Shown here: one piece after another, positions 24,151-34,930 of the stretch
How the letters are laid out: the number at the start of each line of letters is the position of its first letter
Numbering within the stretch: position 1 is the stretch's first letter
Source: Mustelus asterias
Lineage: Eukaryota
Assembly (NCBI RefSeq): GCF_964213995.1
Contig: NC_135830.1
Location: 9,052,001-9,116,000 of the forward strand
Reading direction: 5' to 3'
Length of the DNA stretch: 64,000 nucleotides
Program-made: the position numbers and the translations under genes
The notes under the pieces: model-generated
Told to the model about the DNA's origin: nothing
What the model saw: only the letters and a program-made list of their open reading frames with translations
Database searches by the model: none

Positions 24151-24240
24151 CCATTGGCATGCTCCTGAAGTTGGGCATCACACCGTCTTCAGACCTCGCT
24201 TCAGGATGTGAGAGAGTGAGTGAATGTGCATGCGTCTGCG

Positions 24241-24662
24241 TGAGTGAGTTAGGGTGAGTGAGTTAGGGGGAGTGAGTTAGGGGGAGTGAGTTAGGGTGAG
24301 TGAGTTAGGGGGAGTGAGTTAAGGTGAGTGAGTTAGGGGGAGTGAGTTAGGGGGAGTGAGTTAGGGGGAGTGAGTTAGGGCGAGTGAGTTAGGGTGAGTG
24401 AGTTAGGGGGAGTGAGTTAGGGTGAGTGAGTTAGGGGGAGTGAGTTAGGGGGAGTGAGTTAGGGGGAGTGAGTTAGGGGGAGTGAGCTAGGGGGAGTGAG
24501 TTAGGGGGAGTGAGTTAGGGTGAGTGAGTTAGGGGGAGTGAGTTAGGGTGAGTGAGTTAGGGGGAGTGAGTTAGGGCGAGTGAGTTAGGGGGAGTGAGTT
24601 AGGGGGAGTGAGTTAGGGGGAGTGAGTTAGGGGGAGTGAGTTAGGGTGAGTGAGTTAGGGGG
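24241..24662. repeat. 14-bp tandem repeat (NGAGTGAGTTAGGG), about 30 copies, each containing TTAGGG
   Basis: Highly homogeneous array; decays into (GTGA)n up to ~25410. Confidence 0.95.
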
Positions 24663-26109
24663 AGTGAAGATAAGTTGATGAGGGTGGGTGTGAGTGTGAG
24701 TGAGTGAGTGTGAGTGAGTGAGGTTGAGTAAGGGTGGGTGAGTGAGGGTGCGTGAGTGAGTGAGGGTAGCTGAGGGAGTGAGGATAATTGAATGAGGCTA
24801 ATTAAATGATGGTGAGCCAGTGAGTGCGTGGGAGTGGGTGAGTCAGGGTGAATGAGTGAGGGTGAGAGACAGTTAGTGAGTGTGAGTGAGGCTGAGTGAG
24901 TGAAGTTGATTGAGGATGAGCGCATGTGAGTGAGTGTCAGTGTCAGCTAGCATGAGTGAGGTTGGGTAAGTGAGTGAGGGTGAATGAGTGAGGTTGTATG
25001 AGTGAGTGGGGGTGAGTGGGGTGAGTGAGGTGAGTGAGTGACTAAGTGAGTGTGAATTATGCTGTGTGGGTAAGGTTGATTTAGGGTATGTGAGTGAGTG
25101 AGGGTATCAGGGTCAATGGCAGTGAAAATGACTGTGTGAGCGAGGCTGAGTAGGATGAGTGATTGTGAGTGAGAATAAGTGAGATTGGGTGAGTGGGGGT
25201 TAGTTAGTTTGCACGAAAGAGTGAATGTGGGTGAGTGAGTGTGAGTGAAGGTGAGTGAGTGAGCGTGTGAGCGAGCGAGGGTAGGTGAGTGCGGGTGAGT
25301 GTGTGAGGGTGAACGATGGTGAGTGAGTAGGAATGAGTGGGGGTAAGTGAGTGAGAGTGAGTGATTCAGTGAGGGCCAATAAGTGGGGTGGGTCAGTGAG
25401 AGTGGGTCAGTGATCATTCACAATTACTCTGGTCCCATTATCAGGATGATTCTCTGGATGATTTTCCGCTCAGTCTCAGCTTTCCATTGCCTGTTGTCCA
25501 CAGCCGAGTCGGGGACTGCTCCATTCGGCTCCAGGAGCTCCACCTCCTCCATTTCCTCTCCATCGATTTTGTCCCGATTCTCCACATTGATCAGCTTTCA
25601 GTAACAGAGCTGTCTAAAGTCAGGCAGCAGTGTAGATCACTGAGCAGCTGCTTTAATGTCTGTGCCTTACTTTAAGAAACCCGTGTCAGTGAACAGATAG
25701 ACAGACTGAGGGAGCTGGAAGGGAAGCTCACAGTAAAGTTAAAATGGGCCGCACAGGAATCAAACACCAACTCTACACCAGTATTGGGGAGTCAGGCGGC
25801 CTTAGTCTCGGCCAGGTCCCTTCTTATTTATTGTGCCTTTGTGTCCGGTGTAACACATGGAAATTCCTACTTCTGACCTCATGTTGGATGGAATGTCATT
25901 GATGAAGCAGTAGAAGATTGTTACTCCCAGAACCGTTCCCTGCCGAACTCCTGCAGTGATGTCTGAACTTAGATGTTTGACCTCCAACAACCAATACCAT
26001 CTTGCTTTGTGTTAAGTATGACTCGAAACAGAGAAGAATTTCCCCCCGATTCTTATTCACTTGAGTTTTACTCGGGCTTCTCGATCCCACACTCATTCAA
26101 ATGCTACCG

Positions 26110-26393
26110 GGGTGGCACGGAGGCACCGTGATTAGCGCTGCTGCCTCACAGCGCCACGGACTCGGGTTCGATTCCCGACTTGGGTCACTGTCTGTGTGGA
26201 GTTTGCAAGTTCACCCCGTGTCTGCTTGGGTTTCATTCGGGTGCTCTGGTTTCCTCCCACAATCCAAAGATGTGCGGTTTAGGTGAATTGGCCGTTCTAA
26301 ATTGCCCCTTAGTGTCACGGGGACTAGTTAGGGTAAATGCATGTGGTTATGGGGATAGGGCTTGGGTGGGATTGCTGTTGGTGCAGACTCGAT
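26110..26393 (+). mobile_element. HE1/V-SINE, 3'-truncated
   Basis: Same head and core as the copy at 19051. Confidence 0.85.
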
Positions 26394-28210
26394 GTGTGTG
26401 TAAATGTGCCTGTGTGTGATAAACTGCGTTTGCACGTGTGTGACATAGTGGGCTGCGTGTGCAAGAGGGGAGAGTGTACGTGAGAGAAAGGGTGTGTGAG
26501 ACAATGTGTGTGGGAGAGAGAGAATGTGTGTTTGAAGAGTTATTCTTTGTGTGTGAGAGTGTATCTCTTCTGAAAGTGTGTGTGTGCGGAGGGGCGGGGA
26601 GAGTAGGAGTCTGTGTGAAAGAGTACTTCTGTGTGTGATTGAGTGTGTGTTTATGTGAAAAGGAGTGTGTCCGTATGAGATACAGGGTGTCTGTGAAAGA
26701 GAATGTGTGTGCCTGAGAGGGAGGGTATGTGTGTGGGAGAGAGTGTTGTGTTCATGTGAAAGACAGTATGTGTGAGAGGGAGTGCCGATTGGAAAGTAAA
26801 ATAATATGTTCATCAGTGTCTGAAGGTGTGCATGGTATTGCGTCTGAGTGAGAAAGATGTGTGCAATGTGTGTGNNNNNNNNNNNNNNNNNNNNNNNNNN
26901 NNNNNNNNNNNNNNNNNNNNNNNNNNNNNNNNNNNNNNNNNNNNNNNNNNNNNNNNNNNNNNNNNNNNNNNNNNNNNNNNNNNNNNNNNNNNNNNNNNNN
27001 NNNNNNNNNTGTGAGAGTGTGTGAGACACATGAATGCTTTTGCACGTGTGTGAGACAGTGGTCTGTGTGTGCAAGAGGAGAGAGTGTGCATGAGAGAAAG
27101 AATGTGTGTGTGAGAGATAGTGTGTGTGTCTTTATGTGTGTGAGAGTGTGTCTCTGTTCTTCAAAGTATGTGTGTGTGTGTGTGTGTGTGGAGGGGCGGG
27201 GAGAGTGTGTGTGAGCGAGAGAAAGTGTGAAAATTAGACAGAGTGGATGCGTGAGTGTGTGTGAATGAAGTAACTGTTGAGAGAACATGTGTCTGTGATA
27301 GGTGGAGTGTTTAAGAGAGATACATTGTGTATACATGTGTGTTCGTGTGTGAGAGACGGAGAGACTGTGTGCGTGTCAGAGAGAGGGTGTTTGTGAGAGA
27401 CAGTGTTTGAGAGCAAGGTTTTGCATGTGTGAGATAATGTATAAGGGAGTGAGCGTGTGAAAGAGAGAGAAATATGTGCCTGTGTGAGAGAATGCGTGCG
27501 CAACTATTCGCATGAGAGAGGGAGCATATGAATGAGTGTGAGATGGAGTGAGAGTATACGGAAGAGTGAATGTGAGAGGGATAGTGCATGTGTGTGTGTG
27601 TGAGGGAGAATGTGTGCACGAGACTGTGCTTATTTGAGAGACTGTGTCTGTGTGTAAGAGTGCGTGTTAGAGTGTGTGCATGTGTCTATGTTTGTGAGAG
27701 AGTATTTGTGAGAGAGCCAGTGTGTGAAAGGAAGAATGTACAGGTGTGAGATAGTGTGTGCAAGAGAGATAGGAATATGTGCGTGTGTATGTGAGAGAGA
27801 GATGCGTGTGCAAGAGGAATTGTGAGAGTGTGTGTGAATAAATGTGAGACAGCTTGAGCGTGTGTGACAGAGTGTGGGAGAGAGAGTGCATGTGAGAGTG
27901 CGTGTGCGAGACTGTGCTTATGTGAGAGTATGTGTCTGCGTGTAAGAGAGAATGTGTGTGGGGATGTGATTGCTTTTGTGTAAGGGCGTGTGAGAGATTA
28001 ATTGAGAGAGCGAGAGTATGTACGTACTTGTATTGAGAGAGTGTATGTACAACGCGAGAGAGAGAGAGAGAGAATGTGTATGGCTGTGTGAGAGAGATCG
28101 TATGAGAGAGAAAGTAAGTGTGAGTATGTATTTGTGTGTGCATGTGTGAGAGAATATGAGAGTGTGCATGTGTGTATCTATGTGTGTGAGAGTGTGTGAT
28201 GTGTGTAAGT
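26394..28210. repeat. Degenerate (GT/GA)n tract containing a 135-N gap (26875-27009)
   Basis: Low-complexity GTGT/GAGA sequence on both sides of the N run. Confidence 0.9.
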
Positions 28211-31200
28211 CTCTATCTGGCTGATTTAGTCTGGAAAAGCACCCTCACTCCACACACACTCACCCACTCACACAGTAAGTGGGAGTGACATGTGAGCACA
28301 ATACGGACCGCGGGCCAAAGGTTGGAAAAACATTTAACTCTTTCACAAGTCAGTCGCAATTGAATAATTTCCTCTTTTCTCAATGAGCGAAACTTGTAAA
28401 AACTCAGGACATTTGACACAATCCAGGGCAAAGCCACCCACAAGATTACCCAACCCCCTCATTCACCCTATTCACTCTCTCCATCACTAACAAGCAGTGA
28501 CAGCAGTGTGTATAATATACAAGATGCACTGCAGCAACTCACTAAGGCTCCATAGAAAACACTGTCCAAACCCGCTGCCTTTGCATCCTAACAGGACAAG
28601 GGCAGCAGCCACATATGAACACTACCACCTGCAAGCTCCCCTCCAAGACACACACCATCCTGACTTGAAACAATATCTCAGTTCCTTCACAGTCGCTGGG
28701 TCAAAATCCTGGAACTTCCTGCCTAACAGCACGGCGGATGCCTGCAGCATATGGACTGCAGTTATTCAACGATGCTTCATAGCAACACTTTCTCATGGAA
28801 CAATTAGGGAAGATTAAAAATTCTGGCCGAGGAAATGACTCTAAAAGAGCCTTTAGAAAATTAAAAATAAGATGCAAATGAATTTGACCCTTCAACTGTC
28901 ATACTAAACAGGTCAGGGACTGCTATAGTACGGATCACAATATAGTAAATCTCACTTTGCATTTGTTCATCGAACATTCTCAAGGCCGGTACATCACTGG
29001 TTAAAAATCACCCAATTCTCCCTCTGCAGTCTGACGTTTCTGCTCTGTCTGATGGTCGCAATATGCTTTGGGGATCTCATTTCTGAGACGCCGAGTCAAA
29101 CATCAAGTCAAACTGTCACATTTCTCACAGATACAAGTGTATTGAAGAAATAAATCAAATTTCACTCCCTGAAATACAGCAGAAGGAACCAGAAGATTTA
29201 TAGCCAGTCAAACAGATTCCTGGTCCCAACACAGTGACCACGCGCACAGAAACAGAACAGACACAAACGGTGCAACAATCGAGTGCCCAGCAGATAGATC
29301 TGTTCAATCTGTCAATTTCATTCAAACTGTTGGATTCTAATTGATCAATGGTCAACTTACAACAACAGAAAATCAATAATCTATTTTAAATTAAACTGAT
29401 ATTCATTTCAAAACTCCTTTCGACTGTTAATTATTTCTCTGTCTCACTTCTCGAAAACTATGTGAAAATGTAATTTCGCTGAAAATGAGCAATCAAAAAT
29501 AACAGATTCAGGACAGTTCAATGTCCCTAACAGAGATGCAGTGACACAGTAAGAAGTAAACAAATCGGGAATCATTTACATTGAAAACCATTACTGATTA
29601 GAACTAATTTCTTAATTAAATGTAATCAACAAAATAATCAAAGCAAAGCACTTTATTGAGCTGAGCACAGCTGAGTAAAGTAATGTTTTTTTCTGAATTC
29701 ATTTTCGATACAATTAAATGTTCTCTAAAACGGATGATATTTTGCACGCCAGTGCAATATTCAAGGTCTTTTGTTTTAACTTAATCAGCACCAATATCAT
29801 ATTTTAAGCTATTGTTAATTGCCTGTTAGTTCTCCTGTCAGCTCATTTGTATTCTGTAATAAAATGAGTTTTCAATTATTCAACATGCTTCTGCCTCCAA
29901 CAGTGTTAAATAATTGGGTTACAATTAAATCTTAGACAATCTTAAACAATAATTTCAAATTACTGAATGGAAGCATTCAGACATCTGTCATTCAGTTACT
30001 TAAATCTAATCACATTGTAATATTTTACTTTTTCACTTTTACTACAAATGTCTTATTATAATCTACAAACGTGTTAAAATGCATACTCCTGAATTTGTAC
30101 AGAGTGTAACGGCCTGGCAGTTTGAAACCAATAATTCTGCTTCCTGGATTTAGTAATTTCGACCATCCATATAACTTAATTACTGAACATATTGTTGAAT
30201 TAAAGAAGATCTGAATTAAACAGTGCAAACACAAAGAGGACAATTGATTCAAATCCTCTGTAACACTAAAACACGATGCAGAATATAAGTCTAGACCTTT
30301 TCTTCATTATAATATTTAATAAGAATTAAACATAAGCTTCAGATAGAATCAATTCTTCTATTCTGTCATTTATTCTTCCCATAATTTTATCCTGTATTTA
30401 GCAGTAATGGGAGACATGCTGTTATTATTAAGTGCAGAGCTAATATTATTTTAATAATATTTATAATATTATTATATTTTATATAAATTAATCTTTTTGA
30501 ATTTCAAGCATTAACTTGTCCATCTCTAGTCAGTTTCTGTTGACAATTTACTACAAACACAATCATATGAACAATTACTTCAGTGTCAGCGAATTCCACC
30601 TGTCAGAAAACTCTGTTCGCTCTGTCAAGTGTATTCAAACTGTTTGATTCTAATTGATCAAAGGTCAAATTACAACAACAAAACAAATCAAGACAAATTT
30701 TAACTTAACCTGATGTTCATTTCAAAACTCCCTTCGCCTTTTAACTGTCTCTCCCTGTCTGTCTCAAATCCCAAAAACTAGGCAAAAATGTATTTTTCTG
30801 AAAATGAGCACGTCAAATATAACAGATCAGGGTCGTGTAATGTCCCTAACAGAGATACAGTGACACAGTAAGAATTGTAATTCATGATTTATTTTAATAT
30901 GTAAGCATCAGTTAACATGAATAAGATGCCCTAACATATATTTATTTTATTTTTCCGAAACCTGTTTGCTTTATCCCCACAAGAATTTTCAATTCTTTTT
31001 TTCATTTTCATTTAGCCAGAAAACGTGTAACCGCTCAGTTGAACCAATACAGAAACAATTGAGAAATACCAAACGATTTCACAAATTTTGAGGTGAGATT
31101 AGTAATAAACTATCTCGGTATCCAATTACAAATTACTTGGAATTAATAATCTGGTTGCGGCTGCACAGAAACAAAATGTGAATAAGCGGATACAAAAATT

Positions 31201-33061
31201 GCCAAAAAGTAACGTCTTACTCTGCAAAATTCGTATTCCAGTGAATGCGAACTTAATCTGGGATATAACGATTAATACAAAGTATATTGCTGAACTGAGC
31301 GCTGCTGTGGAAACAGCATGTTATCATTGAAATAGTTTCTGGAATTATCACAAAATATTTCCAGTCTGGAAAATTTTCTGGTCATGTTAATTGTGTGAAA
31401 AGCACAACAGAACTATTAAAGGGGATTAATGCTAATTTATATCAATATAAAATAATCTTGGGTGAATATGGAGTTATATTACCGATTAATAATTGTTTGT
31501 TTTATATTAATTTTACTTTTAAACTTGTTAATGAGAAGTTTGTGATTGCAACAACGACTTCGTGTCCGAATGAGCGTTGTAAGTCATGATTTACTTTAAT
31601 TTGTAAGGTTTAGTTAAAATTTATAAAAATGTTGGAATATCTTCATTTTAGTTATTTTTCCAAAACCTACTTGTTTTCTCCCTACAAGGGTTTTCAAACT
31701 CAAAGATTGTTTGCATTCAACCAGAAGACGTCTAACCGCTCAGTGGCACCGAGTTGAAACAATGCAGAAATAATGCCGTAACGCCAAACCATTTTACACA
31801 TTTTAAACATTCATAGTGATCGAACCACAGAATCTCTTCAGCAAAAACACACCAAAACACTTCAATGAGGGAATGAATCCGTTTCACGGACAAACAGTTC
31901 AATTGTCCATTCAACAGAATCAAATGTAACAATGCAAGAAAATCTCAATATCGAATCTAGCAAACCAACTCCTTACCAGTTATTAAACTAAACAGAAATC
32001 TGGAATAATAGCAACAGCAATAGCATTGCGGGGATGTGGAATGTGTTCAACAAATTAGTATTGAAACTTTATCACATTTTATTCATATTGGGTCATATTT
32101 CAAACATATTTAAACATTTGGATGGTAAAAGCTGCAGCCATCAAATGCCACCGAGATGAAACATTGCAGGTACCCCAAATTGTGAATGCAGTGAAAAAGT
32201 ATGTTCTGAACGAGCGGCGTAAACCGTGGTTTAGTTTAACCTGCAATTATCACTTAAGATTTAAAAAATACAAATACAACAACGCCTGCCTGATTTCTGC
32301 CTGCAGTCATGCGTCAAGCAGTTGCAAACCCGCAGACTGTTCGTATTCAATCACAAAGCGTGCGTCACCGAGTTTAAACAATGCAGAAGCACCAAACTAT
32401 TTCACAAATTTTACTTATTCAAAGTCGACCAGACAAACAATTTCCTCACCAGAGAAACACATCACTGAGAGACTGAACCCTGCTTCCTGCAGAAGCAGCT
32501 CAATTCTACAAACTCTTTCAACAGAATCAAATGTAACATTGACAGAAATTTTTGATATATATTCCAGCCAATCCGCCACCACCAAAGTAATTAATGTTTA
32601 AAATAAACAGAAATATTGCATAGCAGCACCAGCATTGTGAGTGAGTGGAATATGTTCACTGGATTAATATAGAAATTTTAGCATTTTAAAAAAATGTTGG
32701 GTTGGATTTCAAACACTTGTACAACCCGCAGCCACTAGATGTCACCGAGAATAAACATTGCAGAAACGCCGAATTGTTGAACAGACGTTAGGCTTTTAAA
32801 GTAACCCAGCCACACAGTAACTCAACAGATAAACACAAAAGCACAACAACTAGGGATTGAATCCCTCAGCAGCACCGATTGTCAAGAAACAGCGGAATTC
32901 CAGAACCCATTTGCAGCAGAATCACGGGAAACATTGTAAAAATTCACAATCGAGAATCCACCAAACCCACATTTAAGTAAACAAATGGATTATTAGTATA
33001 GGCAAAAATATAAAACAAAGACACATGCAAACCAGTTTCTCAATAAGTGCATGGTTCTTAC

Positions 33062-33148
33062 CTGCAGTCACCGTCACCATGGTTCCTTGTCCCCAGTAGT
33101 CGAAGTAGTCACAATGTCACATTCCCTGGGTTGTGTCATACAATAACC
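33062..33148 (-). CDS. IGHJ: IgH J segment (coding 33109-33062) with a 5' 23-RSS
   Basis: GGTTATTGT-23bp-CATTGTG, then YFDYWGQGTMVTVTA and a G|GTAAG donor. Confidence 0.97.
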
Positions 33149-33474
33149 GTCCCTGCACAAAATAGACACAAGAGCAACATTATTTTAAATATTCACAAAC
33201 CAGAGGAAAAACAAAGTCAATTAATGTTCATTAAATTATCATTGTATTTCTGGATACCATTCTCCATTCATAAATGACCCGAATGTTTTATATTTCACAG
33301 AGGAACACATGAATATGTTATTGAAAACACCAACTGATAATTGAGTAATTATCACAGATTTTCCATATTCATTCTTATCATGTGGTCAGTGCTGGACAAA
33401 AATAATACTGTATTGTGATTAAAGTTGGAATTTAAAAGTGACACTGATCCAGCTTCAATCAATCAATGCTGAGG

Positions 33475-33539
33475 GGTTTTTGTATTGACAGTAACTGCTG
33501 TGCCATCCAGGCACAGTGAGACACAGCATGACAAATACT
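33475..33539 (-). other. IgH D2 segment (CCTGGATGG, 33511-33503) flanked by 12/12 RSS
   Basis: AGTATTTGT-12-CACTGTG | D | CACAGCA-12-ACAAAAACC. Confidence 0.93.
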
Positions 33540-33848
33540 GCGGCAGGCTGTTCACTGTAAAATACAAAGATTTGATTTTACTGCTATTTCAAAAGCCTGT
33601 TTCCATCTCGTTTAAGAGTGAGTCAGTGAGATATTTCAACTTTTACTGGTCATGATGTTGATAAAGGGGATTAGAAACTTTTACACTCTCCGTTCACACT
33701 TAGCATGTAAATAAATAACAATAAAGTTGAAGCATTTTATATCTTTTAAAAAACAATGCTGCTTCTACCTATTATTTTGTTGAATCCTCATTTTGTTTGG
33801 CATTCCGCAGTGGCACTGATCACATATTTAAGCAAAGTCCTTCTCTGA

Positions 33849-33926
33849 GGTTTTTGTATGAGGATGTCGCTGTGCTCAGCACTGTGACCCCATCGTATCA
33901 CTGCGACACACACCCGTACAAAAACT
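33849..33926 (-). other. IgH D1 segment (ATACGATGGGGT, 33898-33887) flanked by 12/22 RSS
   Basis: AGTTTTTGT-12-CGCAGTG | D | CACAGTG-22-ACAAAAACC, the 12/22 layout typical of shark D1. Confidence 0.95.
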
Positions 33927-34260
33927 GCACTCATTCTGTTCAGTACTGCCGCTCAATATTCACTTCAAATGGACCATTTGTTCGGCTCTAATTTAAAATG
34001 TAGGCAACTGTTTATATAACACAATCTATCAGAAATATTAAAACGATAGTGCTGTACTTGCTGAAACGACAATAAATATAAAGTCAGTGAAAAGCTCACC
34101 CCGTTATATCGGTGACTTTTCAAATTTTACTGCTAAATGCTTTCTTTGTTACTTTTTAAACACGATTATGGTTTGATTCTGACCACTGTCGGTCATATTA
34201 CATTTAAAACAGATACTGACCTTCAGGTTATGATGGAAGTTGCTGAATTCCCTCACGAGC

Positions 34261-34299
34261 TGTTCTTGTCCGGGTGCAGCCCTGGTTCCTCTCGCTGTG
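34261..34299 (-). other. 23-RSS of VH
   Basis: CACAGCG-23bp-ACAAGAACA directly after YYCAGD. Confidence 0.92.
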
Positions 34300-34771
34300 G
34301 TCTCCTGCACAGTAATAGATGGCCGTGTCTTCAGTCTTCAGGCTCGTCATGTCCAAGGCGAAGATGTTGTTTGAAAGGTCTTTGGACGCAGTGAATCGGC
34401 CCTGAATCCCGGAGGCGTAATATTCGTTGGATGAATCTTCGTAGCTAACCAGCCACTCCAGCCCCTGTCCGGGAACCTGCCGGATCCAACTCATTTCGCT
34501 GCTGTCAAGATCGAAGCCGCTGGTTTTACAGGTCAGTCTCAGGGATCCTCCGGGACGCCCGGTCTTTGCCTCTGGCTGAGTCAACACAACCTCCGACTGG
34601 ACACCTGTAAAAATAGATCAAGAAACCCGAGGATTAATCCTGGTACTGATTTTTGAATCTGGAATATTATAGAGATAGACTGAGACAGCAACAGTGAGAG
34701 ACTTGGACAATAAAAACCTACTCACCGGATAAGAAAGTCAGCAACAAACTGAGACAAATCACCGACCTCAT
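34300..34771 (-). CDS. IGHV: IgM VH gene segment: leader exon 34771-34726, V exon 34604-34300
   Basis: [117 protein letters not shown]; open frame, canonical splice sites. Confidence 0.97.
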
Positions 34772-34860
34772 CCTTCTGGTAAATTGGGGGAAATGGTTGT
34801 GTCCGGAACTCAGTGAACAAACCAACTCCCGGACTGTTGGATTCCGGTCCCAGTGAGCGG

Positions 34861-34930
34861 CATTTAAATACCCGGCAGAAGGGGGCGGCTTTCCAGGCGC
34901 CGCCTGTTGATTCCCTGCTGGAGGCGGCGA
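34861..34930 (-). promoter_or_regulatory. VH promoter: TATA-like TATTTAAAT plus GC-rich boxes, no octamer
   Basis: TATTTAAATG at 34870-34861, about 90 bp from the ATG; no ATGCAAAT in either orientation nearby. Confidence 0.5.

Noticed and set aside
24241-24662. Telomere or true interstitial (TTAGGG)n
   Set aside because: The unit is 14 bp with a single TTAGGG, not tandem hexamers.
33062-34604. Germline-joined (pre-rearranged) cluster, IgW or IgNAR
   Set aside because: All RSSs and inter-segment DNA are present, and four C domains with a mu-type tailpiece and TM indicate conventional IgM.
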